Source: a virus. From it: a stretch of DNA of 64,000 nt. Below, piece by piece: positions 55,770-64,000 of this stretch (positions are counted from its first letter, which is position 1; every line of letters begins with the position of its first letter). The position numbers and the translations under genes were made by a program. Under the pieces are notes generated by a model. The model was given only the letters and a program-made list of their open reading frames with translations, was not told where the DNA came from and did not search any database. The stretch spans positions 1-64,000 of the IMG/VR virus record IMGVR_UViG_3300025728_000009. One strand, 5' to 3'.

Positions 55770-57749
55770 ATGGAATTCAAACGCTTCAGTTCACTAGAGA
55801 ATAGCTACCGTCAGAACCTCATTGACAAAGTTCAATATGAAGGTAAAGATGGTGGTCTGTGGATGGCTACCGAAAAGCTACACGGCTGCTTTCAGGATAA
55901 GACCAAAGTAACTCTACCTGATGGCAGTTATAAGACTATTCAAGAAATTGTAGAGTCCAAATACAGTGGTGAGGTTCTGGGTGTAGATAAAGAAGGCAAG
56001 CTTGTCCCAACCAAAGTTGTTAACTGGTATGAAAACGGGAATACAACTGAGTGGCTTAAAGTAACCTTCCAGACTTATGGTGGTAAGGGCGGTAACAGTC
56101 GTGCTGTAAAATGTACACCAAACCATAAGTTCTTTTCTCAAGGACAATATCTACCAATGTCGGAGTTGGTTGTTGGAGACTCTGTGGAGTACACCTATTC
56201 CGGTTGCTCTTTGAGTTTTATTCAAGAGCAAGTTCTCATTGGTAAGATGCTAGGAGATGGTTCTCTGACAAACTCCTCTGTGGCTTTTGGTCATAAAGAG
56301 TTGCACGAGGACTATACTGATTTTACCCTTAAATGTCTTGGTTCCTTGGCAGGTAAACGTCAGGCTGATACAATGTCGGGATATGGCACAACCATCAGCC
56401 GTGGTCGTAGTATCTCTACAGAAGAAATTGATAAGCTGTTTGAATCGTGGAGTAAGTCTGTTGGTCATGTGCCCAAACTCACTTTGACGCCAATTAGTCT
56501 TGCTTTCTGGTACTTGGATGATGGCAGTGTTTGCTTGAATGACAATCAGAAACCTCGTGCAAGCTTTGCTACCTGTGGTTTTACAAAAGAGTCTTGTCTT
56601 AACTTGAAAGCAAGCCTTGCAAATCTGGGTATTACTTCAGAAGTGAATGGCGAAGAGGGGCGTTTGAGGGTTACTTTGTCAGCAGACTCAACAGATTTGT
56701 TGTTCTCTTATATTTGCAACTTGGTTCCTGAATCTATGCAGTACAAGTTGCCCCCACAGTTTAGAATTCAAGGGTCTGGTGCAGGTTTTGTGGAACAAGC
56801 TACCCACGATTTCACATCTCGTAAATCTTATGCTGTTATTAAAAGTATTGAACAAGTCTGTGAAGATAAACAGCGGTACGATATCGAGACTGAAACTCAC
56901 AACTACTTTGCCAACAATCTGCACGTACATAATTGTAACTTTAGCTTCTGGTGTGATGGTAAGGAAGTAAAGTTTGCATCTCGTACACAGTTTGTTGATG
57001 GGACATTCTTTAATTGTCAAGCCGTTATGAATCAGTATTCCCAAGGCGTACTTGATGGATTCCCATACTTCGCTAAAGAAGGTCAGATACTGGTAATTTA
57101 TGGGGAGTTGTTTGGTGGTAACATTCAGAAAGAAGTAGAGTACGGAGAGAAAGACTTTAAAGCTTTCGATGTTGTAATTGACGGACAACCCGTTCAAAAA
57201 CAATCGGCAATTAATATTGCAGACTCTTGTGGTATTGAGTTTGTCCCTGTCATCCATACTGGTACATTAGCCGAGTGTTTAACTCTGTCAAACACGTTTA
57301 AGTCCACATTGACACCAGAGGGTTACAAAGAAGAGAACACGTCTGAAGGCTTGGTAATTGAGCCTGTAGAGCCTAATTGGTTTAACAATGGAAGTCGTAT
57401 CTACTTCAAAAATAAGACAGAAGGGTTTAGTGAGAAGAAACGTAAACCAAAAGAACATATTGTGTTTGAGTTGTCTGATGAAGAATCAGAGTTGATGAAT
57501 GAGCTTCTGACTTACAACACTATTCAACGTGTGTCTAATGTAATCAGCAAGATTGGTCAAGTAACCAATAAAGACTTTGGTAAGATTCTTGGCCTCACTA
57601 CACAAGACTTGCTTGAAGAGTTCACCAAGGAAACTGAACAAGATCCTAAGCAGATTGCTGAAAGTAATTGGAAATCTTTCCTGAAGCTGCTACAATCAGA
57701 AGTAGGTAAAGAGGTTCGTAGTCAATTTGTTGTGGCTTTGGAGGATTGA
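55770..57749 (+). CDS. RNA ligase 2 (Rnl2 family) containing an intein
   Basis: Exteins join as EKLHG|CNFS (motif I); GELFG, IQKEV.Y, AFD, EGLVI, KNK. Confidence 0.9.
   Translation: MEFKRFSSLENSYRQNLIDKVQYEGKDGGLWMATEKLHGCFQDKTKVTLPDGSYKTIQEIVESKYSGEVLGVDKEGKLVPTKVVNWYENGNTTEWLKVTFQTYGGKGGNSRAVKCTPNHKFFSQGQYLPMSELVVGDSVEYTYSGCSLSFIQEQVLIGKMLGDGSLTNSSVAFGHKELHEDYTDFTLKCLGSLAGKRQADTMSGYGTTISRGRSISTEEIDKLFESWSKSVGHVPKLTLTPISLAFWYLDDGSVCLNDNQKPRASFATCGFTKESCLNLKASLANLGITSEVNGEEGRLRVTLSADSTDLLFSYICNLVPESMQYKLPPQFRIQGSGAGFVEQATHDFTSRKSYAVIKSIEQVCEDKQRYDIETETHNYFANNLHVHNCNFSFWCDGKEVKFASRTQFVDGTFFNCQAVMNQYSQGVLDGFPYFAKEGQILVIYGELFGGNIQKEVEYGEKDFKAFDVVIDGQPVQKQSAINIADSCGIEFVPVIHTGTLAECLTLSNTFKSTLTPEGYKEENTSEGLVIEPVEPNWFNNGSRIYFKNKTEGFSEKKRKPKEHIVFELSDEESELMNELLTYNTIQRVSNVISKIGQVTNKDFGKILGLTTQDLLEEFTKETEQDPKQIAESNWKSFLKLLQSEVGKEVRSQFVVALED
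55887..56933 (+). mobile_element. 349-aa intein with LAGLIDADG homing endonuclease
   Basis: Starts CFQD, CTPNH block B, LIGKMLGDG and LAFWYLDDG, YDIET, ends VHN followed by extein Cys. Confidence 0.93.
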
Positions 57750-57937
57750 AAATGAAAGGTTATGAAGACATTGCGGCCACTCTCGCCCTACTAATTGTTG
57801 TACTTGTAGGTGGTTACGTGTATCTAAACAGCGAAGTAATCAAACAACAAAGAGAAGAGTTACGTACAGCACCAAAGAAACATGTAGAGTCGAAGACTTT
57901 CGAGTCGTTGGTAAAAGTCACTGAATAACTTTATTCA

Positions 57938-57976
57938 AGACAAAAGAAAGCCCGAGAGACTCACGTCCTCGGGCTT
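57938..57976 (-). terminator. Terminator between convergent replication and lysis/tail blocks
   Basis: AAGCCCGAG...CTCGGGCTT with T-tract on the - strand. Confidence 0.8.
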
Positions 57977-58030
57977 AATCATATCTGAGATAAGCTGTTG
58001 GCTCAGCTTTCTGTGCCTAGTGGCTTCTTA

Positions 58031-58387
58031 TTATTGTTCTTTGCCGCTGTATATAACAGCGTTAGAATTATTATTGTTTATAATCTTTGGATTATTTTTG
58101 TATGTTGATTGCATGGTTTTCATCTGCATCTCAAGTATATATACACGTTGATCCGTACTCACTTGATAATCATCTTGCCTTTCAGAAACCTTATTCAACC
58201 TTGTCTCTAGATAATCCACATTATTAGCTACGACTTTCATAACCTCTTGCTGAACCAAAGTGAGCTTCTGAGCATAATTATTAGCTCCAGCATTCTCACT
58301 TGCGTTATTCATCAAGATTGTTATTAGAATTGTAGATAAAAGAAGGTAGGCTATTGTCCCTGCTCGATCCAGTATTTTCCAAAACAA
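58031..58387 (-). CDS. Membrane-anchored coiled-coil protein (lysis region)
   Basis: N-terminal TM followed by a helical domain. Confidence 0.6.
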   Translation of the reverse strand: MFWKILDRAGTIAYLLLSTILITILMNNASENAGANNYAQKLTLVQQEVMKVVANNVDYLETRLNKVSERQDDYQVSTDQRVYILEMQMKTMQSTYKNNPKIINNNNSNAVIYSGKEQ

Positions 58388-58400
58388 CTAGACCTCCGAC

Positions 58401-58682
58401 TTACTTCCGTGATTTTAAAGTTCCGAAATACAAATCAAGCCTCGCCAAGAGGTCGGATCGCATCCCTTCAATATTAGTAACCAATCTTTGCTCTGTATCC
58501 TTGAGCTGCTGATTACTTACTTTGTCTGTATAGAGGAATAGCACTCTACTTTCTAACTCTTTGTTTTGTGTTCGGATGTCTTGAATAACAAGAATGCCAA
58601 GGGCCATCACAACTGAGATAAGACCTAACGCGAGCCTTTCCCACAAAGCAGAAATACGATTGTTCGCGCTATCATTTGACAT
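58401..58682 (-). CDS. Single-TM protein (lysis region, holin/antiholin-like)
   Basis: Start re-assigned to MSND; one TM plus coiled coil. Confidence 0.5.
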   Translation of the reverse strand: MSNDSANNRISALWERLALGLISVVMALGILVIQDIRTQNKELESRVLFLYTDKVSNQQLKDTEQRLVTNIEGMRSDLLARLDLYFGTLKSRK

Positions 58683-58962
58683 TGTATAATCCCATCTGAG
58701 CCTTCTTATTCTTGCGGATAGCTTCCATCTGCTTTTCCCACAAACCAATACAACCAACATTCTTGTTTTGTGCAAGAGCTAGATCAATCAGACTTTCACC
58801 AGCAGGCTTAGCTTTGCAAGGGCTGGCCAACAAAGCATCACTTGGAAACACATTCACTATCGGTTGGGTAGACGGCACAGTATCCCTCCCGAAGCATCCC
58901 GATAAGACTAGTAGAGAGCATCCCATCATCAGGCAACACATTAGTTTCTTTAAGGTTTTCAT
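58672..58962 (-). CDS. o-spanin (Rz1-like lipoprotein)
   Basis: Lipobox LSGC, Pro-rich segment, overlaps the 3' end of the i-spanin. Confidence 0.8.
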   Translation of the reverse strand: MKTLKKLMCCLMMGCSLLVLSGCFGRDTVPSTQPIVNVFPSDALLASPCKAKPAGESLIDLALAQNKNVGCIGLWEKQMEAIRKNKKAQMGLYNVK

Positions 58963-59278
58963 TCTTAATTATCTCTTGTTTTACATGAGGCTTTCTTAGC
59001 TGCTCAATCTTGTCAGATACTTCGTTAGTTTTAGTTTCTGCTACTTTCTTCTCAGCCTCAACTTCAACCACCGAAGCACTATCTGTTTCACAAGACAAAT
59101 GCTTCAAGTTGAGGGACTTTTCATACTCTGCAATCGTTTCCTTGGATTCTTTGAGTGCGTATATAGCCACAGCTTTATCGTTACTGAGAGAGTAGGAAAG
59201 ATAGCCAAATCCTAAAGTGCTTATAGATAAGCCAAGGATGATGTAGAACGTTATTGAATTGAATAGGTTGAACATCAT
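58838..59278 (-). CDS. i-spanin (Rz-like)
   Basis: N-terminal TM, coiled coil, C-terminal Cys. Confidence 0.75.
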   Translation of the reverse strand: MMFNLFNSITFYIILGLSISTLGFGYLSYSLSNDKAVAIYALKESKETIAEYEKSLNLKHLSCETDSASVVEVEAEKKVAETKTNEVSDKIEQLRKPHVKQEIIKNENLKETNVLPDDGMLSTSLIGMLREGYCAVYPTDSECVSK

Positions 59279-59295
59279 CCTTTCCTTATTATCTA

Positions 59296-60591
59296 TTAGG
59301 TTTCCATCAACCCGCTAATCCAAAGATTAGAAAGTGCAAAATCCCACTGAGACATGTCTATTTGCACATGGCCGATATGAACGTGTAACTTACCTGCCGG
59401 TGTTTGGTCGAGCGCGGTAAACCCCCTATCAAAATAAAACCCCATGTCTGTTGGAGTACCTACCGGAATAGAGCCGTCAGACAGTTTACGGAATTTAACT
59501 TGAAATCCTGTACCAGTAGACGCAAGTACCAGCGGCACATAGTCTACAGCAGCATTACCATAAGCCGTTACAACAGGCTGCACATTACCATTGATAGTAG
59601 GGTGAGTTACTGTTAAAATCCCCGTACCTGTATCATAGGTAGATGTAATAAGAGAGTTGAACGGGGAGTTTGATGTCCCCCACACAGACCCAGTGTAGTT
59701 AATCCTGCCAGCCATACGACGCAAGAGGAAGAGAGTTGTCAACCCAGAAGAAGGTGTTCTGACATCAAAGGGTATCCTAAGTTCAGCAGAAGAACTATCT
59801 GTGTAAGCTTGAACAATAGCCTTGAGGTTTGTTTGCAGTTGAGGGTGTGTAATAGTAATCAACCCACTTCCTGCCACAGATACACTAAAGCGGCTAGCAC
59901 CAAAGAACCTGGAGTCTGGTGTAATAGTGTTGGTTGCAAGGTCGATTGTAAATGAACAAGGAACACCAGCCCTAACAAATGCTTGTGTAGCGCCTACAGA
60001 TCCGCCCACAGTCACACCGCAGGCCGCCGCCCGCTCATCTGGTGCAACAATCAAGGTGCCGATTTTACTACCTAGATAATCCAACTCAAGTTCTGTGCCA
60101 CCAACAACACCTGTAAAATTTACTGGGATGTGGGCGCTGTCACTAATTATCTGCCAGTTGGGGTTGATCGCTGTATCCCGACGCACTGTTGCAGCAATGA
60201 CGTTGTACTTCTTATCATCATTACCTTTTACCTTATCATCTTCTAAGGATGTAACTCGTGTTGCCAAGGAGTTGCTAGAAGGGATCTCAGCCCAAGACCC
60301 GGAGTACAGCCACCTTTTCCCAGTAGTTGTTTCATTAACCTCCATACCACTTTGAGGGGTAATAAATAGCCAAGATCCACCAATTCTTACGTAGAACTTA
60401 TTGTCAGTCGTAAGTACAACAGAGTTCCCCTCACTTGGACTACCCGGAAGGGCTGCTACAAACGAATCAACAGCTCCCTTTCCGAGAAAAGAGAGGGCTT
60501 TGAAGTTAGAGTTGATAGGATCACCCCAGCTAGCCTCACCAGTAGTCCAACCATAGTTAATGCCGAAAAACGGACTTGTAGTAGCTGGCAT
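59296..60591 (-). CDS. Tail fibre/receptor-binding protein with DUF2793-like N-terminus
   Basis: SP...YGW..GE..W N-terminus, W.F..P..G motif, beta-rich body. Confidence 0.7.
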   Translation of the reverse strand: MPATTSPFFGINYGWTTGEASWGDPINSNFKALSFLGKGAVDSFVAALPGSPSEGNSVVLTTDNKFYVRIGGSWLFITPQSGMEVNETTTGKRWLYSGSWAEIPSSNSLATRVTSLEDDKVKGNDDKKYNVIAATVRRDTAINPNWQIISDSAHIPVNFTGVVGGTELELDYLGSKIGTLIVAPDERAAACGVTVGGSVGATQAFVRAGVPCSFTIDLATNTITPDSRFFGASRFSVSVAGSGLITITHPQLQTNLKAIVQAYTDSSSAELRIPFDVRTPSSGLTTLFLLRRMAGRINYTGSVWGTSNSPFNSLITSTYDTGTGILTVTHPTINGNVQPVVTAYGNAAVDYVPLVLASTGTGFQVKFRKLSDGSIPVGTPTDMGFYFDRGFTALDQTPAGKLHVHIGHVQIDMSQWDFALSNLWISGLMET

Positions 60592-60843
60592 TTAGCCTCC
60601 TTGATTCTCTTCTAAATTATCAGTGGTGAATTGTTTAATGAACTTACCCACTGTGCCAAGACTGGCTACAACACCCATTGCGATAATAATATAAACGGGA
60701 CTTAGGGAAACCAGACCCATACCAAAAGCTAAACTTACACCATAAGACAATGCGATAAGAATGTTGGCCACTAGACTTAAGAAAGAATAAGTACGAAGGT
60801 GTTGTTTTGGGTTATCAACTAATTTTGGTTTACTTAATTTCAT
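60592..60843 (-). CDS. Putative holin
   Basis: 83 aa, two TM segments, adjacent to the endolysin. Confidence 0.65.
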   Translation of the reverse strand: MKLSKPKLVDNPKQHLRTYSFLSLVANILIALSYGVSLAFGMGLVSLSPVYIIIAMGVVASLGTVGKFIKQFTTDNLEENQGG

Positions 60844-61381
60844 TTACTAAATCCTTTACTTCTTGTGGGACATCACCTATACACCATTTCCATTCTTTAG
60901 TTGCTCTGTTGATCAAACCATTCATGATAACCTTTTTACCTTCAGAGTTTTTTCCATGAACCCATTTGGTCAATTCATCACAAACAAGCTCATGTTTACC
61001 GGCATTGAAATATCTAAGCATGGTGCTTGACTGTAAGTTTCCAATACCCTTGTTGAAGGTGAAGTCTAGCAATGCTCCATATTCCCAATCTGATTTAAAC
61101 GGAACTTTAGTCACTGAGCGAAGTTGTTTGTCATGTTTGATAAGATCTTCAGCAAATTTCTGAATGCATTGATCGTAAGTGAGGTTTTGACCAAGTTTAA
61201 CGTCCGGTCCAGTGTGACCTAGACAATTCGTGGGCACGCCACCGGTATCTAGATAGGTCTTTAATACTGGTTGCCCATTGGGTGCTTCAGAGGGAGCAGT
61301 TAAGAAGGCACCAGCCAAAGCCAAGGAGCTAGCAAGACCAACCCCAAGAAGCTTTTTATACAAATTAGAGTTGGTGCTCAT
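60830..61381 (-). CDS. GH24 lysozyme endolysin with SAR-like N-terminus
   Basis: Gly/Ala-rich N-terminal helix; E...YLD.GGVPT.C.GHT; FTFN.G; GL.NR...E. Confidence 0.88.
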   Translation of the reverse strand: MSTNSNLYKKLLGVGLASSLALAGAFLTAPSEAPNGQPVLKTYLDTGGVPTNCLGHTGPDVKLGQNLTYDQCIQKFAEDLIKHDKQLRSVTKVPFKSDWEYGALLDFTFNKGIGNLQSSTMLRYFNAGKHELVCDELTKWVHGKNSEGKKVIMNGLINRATKEWKWCIGDVPQEVKDLVNEIK

Positions 61382-61385
61382 TATC

Positions 61386-63041
61386 TTAATTCCCTCTTTG
61401 TACTGCACATGAAAGTGTACCGGATGACAAGTCTACAGGAGAGCCACTAAGATTGAGCAGTGTCACAGTTACAGTGTCTGTTGCAGTAACTGCTGCCACC
61501 ATTACCAGACCACCAATATCTAAACTGAAAGAGGCTGTGGCTTTATCTGTGAGCTTGGCACCACTAACTGTAACTGTAGTCTGAGCTATTGCACCAGATG
61601 CAATGGAAGGTGGATCATAAGTTTTACTACCTGTCAGATAGAGGGCATTGTTACCACCATTTCTGCAACCACGTACAATACTATTAGTACCTAGGTCTGT
61701 AACAACTCCACCAGTATTGCTGCGGTTGAATATCAAATCTGTAGCTGAACAACCTGCTGCACCAACATCAATCAGTACAGTTTTGTGCCGACCGCCTCTG
61801 ACTTGGCAGAGTGTAGCTGTTGTACCAAAGATAATCTCGTTGTCAGAGTCACATGAGATAACCTCAATACCACTTCCTAGTGCATAAACATCGCCCACAC
61901 CGTTTGCTTCGAAGTCTGTTCCAAAGAACCGATCACCACTGGCACCTATTGGAGCAAACACACCATACTGTGAACATGCTTCAGATGTACCACCAATGAA
62001 GATATTCCCCAGAGTGTTGACCAAATGAATCCCTACATCTGGACCTTCAATGATAGGATTAGGGAAGTAACAGTAGGAAGTTTGTTCATTCACCAAACGC
62101 TTGTCTAGCATAACCCCGACTGCTGGCTTAGAGCCCAGATACCAACCTTCTTCGTTAACTGAGACTGCAACATCAATTTCAGTACATACGGCAAACTCAA
62201 CAAGTACACCGGCTGATGCAGTACCAGCACCACGAACCGAAGCACCGATTTTAGAGTGGTGAACACCGCGAACGTAAACAGCATTCAGTGCAGTAGATGG
62301 ACACTCAATGATGAATTTATTTCCCGCACCAAACTTCATGTTATACACAAGATCAGGAGCTGTTGGGCCAGCATCAAGAATTACTGCATTACCCACGCCG
62401 GAATATCGTAAGCGAACTTCGCCGCGAGCCTCAATCATCGAATCTTGAATAGCCCAGTTTGGAGAGACTGTATATTCGTAGATTCCAGCAGGGAATACGA
62501 GAAGTGTTGGAGTTGTTTGAGCAGCAATGTAGTTACGTGCTGCAAGAAAGGCTGCGTCCCAGTCGAGTTGTCCAACCACTTTAAAATCAATAATGCTGAT
62601 TTCTTCACGAAGTCGGTCAAAGACTTTACGCCCCAAGAAACCAATTTTGTTGGCTCCCTTAGCGACATCTGTAGAGTTATTTAGATTTGATTCTAAGTTA
62701 GCTACGGTTGTGGACAGATCAGTATTGCTGGGGATAAGAAGAAGTGAAGTACCGTTAAACTGGTAATATTGACCAGTGGTTCTCAAAGTCACCACAAACC
62801 ATTTAGGTGTTGGACTAGAATACCGCTGGCCACCTACATCAAAATAAAGTCTATTATCTGTAGTGTTAAAATGAGCTGTGCCAGTTGAATAGGCTGGAAG
62901 GGTGGCTGTAATACTGTCAATGTTTTTATCAAACATGTAGGAGAACTTGACAAGGTTTTCATCCATCCCCAAGTTCCAGTTTGACTCCCCAAGAGCCCAC
63001 CCAAATTTCCCCTCTAAGAAGGGCGATGTTTGTTGAGTCAT
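61386..63041 (-). CDS. Tailspike/depolymerase with predicted right-handed beta-helix
   Basis: Phage tailspike linker (GA..IG...R.V...L.E.ISI.DF), D..AF..A, L.FP.G.Y pectate-lyase-like start. Confidence 0.8.
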   Translation of the reverse strand: MTQQTSPFLEGKFGWALGESNWNLGMDENLVKFSYMFDKNIDSITATLPAYSTGTAHFNTTDNRLYFDVGGQRYSSPTPKWFVVTLRTTGQYYQFNGTSLLLIPSNTDLSTTVANLESNLNNSTDVAKGANKIGFLGRKVFDRLREEISIIDFKVVGQLDWDAAFLAARNYIAAQTTPTLLVFPAGIYEYTVSPNWAIQDSMIEARGEVRLRYSGVGNAVILDAGPTAPDLVYNMKFGAGNKFIIECPSTALNAVYVRGVHHSKIGASVRGAGTASAGVLVEFAVCTEIDVAVSVNEEGWYLGSKPAVGVMLDKRLVNEQTSYCYFPNPIIEGPDVGIHLVNTLGNIFIGGTSEACSQYGVFAPIGASGDRFFGTDFEANGVGDVYALGSGIEVISCDSDNEIIFGTTATLCQVRGGRHKTVLIDVGAAGCSATDLIFNRSNTGGVVTDLGTNSIVRGCRNGGNNALYLTGSKTYDPPSIASGAIAQTTVTVSGAKLTDKATASFSLDIGGLVMVAAVTATDTVTVTLLNLSGSPVDLSSGTLSCAVQRGN

Positions 63042-63050
63042 ATTAAATCC

Positions 63051-63425
63051 TTATTTCTTGTCTGGGGCAGTTGGTCGAGACTCTTTGTTAGGGAACCCAG
63101 TGGTCTCAGGAAGCCCACGAAGAAGCTTCCTATATTCCCGCCATTCAGCCACAGTCCCCTTGGCTTTAGGATCAGAGTCCTGAACCTTATTAAGCTCAGA
63201 ATCGGCCCTAACAAGCTCTGCATCTCTCCAAGATTTTTCCCTACTTTCTAGAACTTCTTTTGTTTCTTGTACCCAATAGAAGCCACCATTATCATAGGTC
63301 ATACCAACTCGGGCGTGAGGTGGGGCACTCTTCATAATAAGAGAGGGGTGGTATCTGCCTTCAGGATCAATATCCGTAAGTTCAATAACTTTGTCTGAAA
63401 GAATAATAGCCCACATATTTACCAC
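63051..63425 (-). CDS. Tail fibre assembly chaperone
   Basis: E..WRD.EL...D....W..YR..LR..P...GFP....RP.AP. Confidence 0.85.
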   Translation of the reverse strand: MVNMWAIILSDKVIELTDIDPEGRYHPSLIMKSAPPHARVGMTYDNGGFYWVQETKEVLESREKSWRDAELVRADSELNKVQDSDPKAKGTVAEWREYRKLLRGLPETTGFPNKESRPTAPDKK

Positions 63426-64000
63426 CTAATAATCACAAGACCGTTTTTACCAGCGCCACCAGCAGCACCGCCTGTACCACCACTACCACCGCATCCAAAA
63501 CCGGTTGCGACAAGACCTGTGAGAGTTCCACCTTCTACTGAGGCACCGCCGCCATCACCACCACCTTTACCGCTGATAGTTGTAGTGGTGAAAGTTGCTC
63601 GTTGGAAGCCCGGACCTTTGGTGTCGTTAACATCACCACCAATACCGACACCACCATCACCACGATCTTGTCCAGATGCAGAAGTGGCCCCAAGACCACC
63701 AGTAGCACTACAGAAAGCACCAAAAGAAGAGTTACCACCAGATTGTGCAGGAGTTCCCCCACCAACTGTCGCTCCATTACCACCAGCACCAACTGTCACT
63801 GAAACGGATGTTACTCCAGTAAGATCTTGTAGTTTTGTGGCAATGCCGCCTGCACCACCACCACCACCTGCTGTAGCGTTTGAACCACCACCAGCACCGC
63901 CTGCAAGTACATACACCTCTGCTTTTTTAAGGCCAAGTTTGAGGATAGAAGGAACAGTCCAACTTGAAACACCTGCTGTAGAAAAGACAACAAGGCCCGG
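63419..64000 (-). CDS. Glycine-rich tail fibre C-terminal part (truncated by the window edge)
   Basis: GGGGG repeats, VTVGAGG, GG.SSFG, G.VIIRW terminus. Confidence 0.8.
   Translation of the reverse strand, partial: PGLVVFSTAGVSSWTVPSILKLGLKKAEVYVLAGGAGGGSNATAGGGGGAGGIATKLQDLTGVTSVSVTVGAGGNGATVGGGTPAQSGGNSSFGAFCSATGGLGATSASGQDRGDGGVGIGGDVNDTKGPGFQRATFTTTTISGKGGGDGGGASVEGGTLTGLVATGFGCGGSGGTGGAAGGAGKNGLVIIRW

Noticed and set aside
59296-64000. Diversity-generating retroelement or invertible tail-fibre switch
   Set aside because: No RT, TR/VR pair, invertase or flanking inverted repeats seen
1-64000. Prophage or temperate lifestyle
   Set aside because: No integrase, repressor or host flanking genes in the window; content fits a virulent phage (the rest of the genome is unseen)

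Overview
About 64 kb of a lytic, myovirus-type dsDNA phage genome. The host is most likely Pseudomonas, inferred from a captured Pseudomonas-type PhaZ gene and PAK_P1/Vandenendeviridae-like gene content. No integrase, tRNA or CRISPR array is visible. Layout: (i) left edge with a 10-bp tandem array and a divergent PolA/T7-RNAP-superfamily (TV-Pol-like) gene; (ii) + strand block, 2.4-16.2 kb, with PhoH, ClpP-like protease, dCMP deaminase, DNA ligase, PHA depolymerase and homing endonucleases; (iii) ~0.7 kb non-coding convergence region, a candidate genome terminus; (iv) - strand early block, 17-35.8 kb, of many small ORFs behind sigma70-like promoters, plus a ~450-nt highly structured non-coding element directly upstream of a Zn-repeat/T5orf172 nuclease; (v) + strand replication and nucleotide-metabolism block, 36-57.9 kb (primase-helicase, PolA, SSB, exonucleases, ThyX, NrdAB, intein-split Rnl2 RNA ligase); (vi) - strand lysis and tail fibre/spike genes. 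Best candidates for something new: the structured RNA plus nuclease locus (33.1-34.8 kb), the TV-Pol-like gene with its flanking C-free tract and tandem array (1-2.2 kb), the phage PhaZ, terminator hairpins whose loop is a -35 box, and homing endonucleases flanked by duplicated target sequence. All homology calls come from motif recognition by eye; no searches were run.
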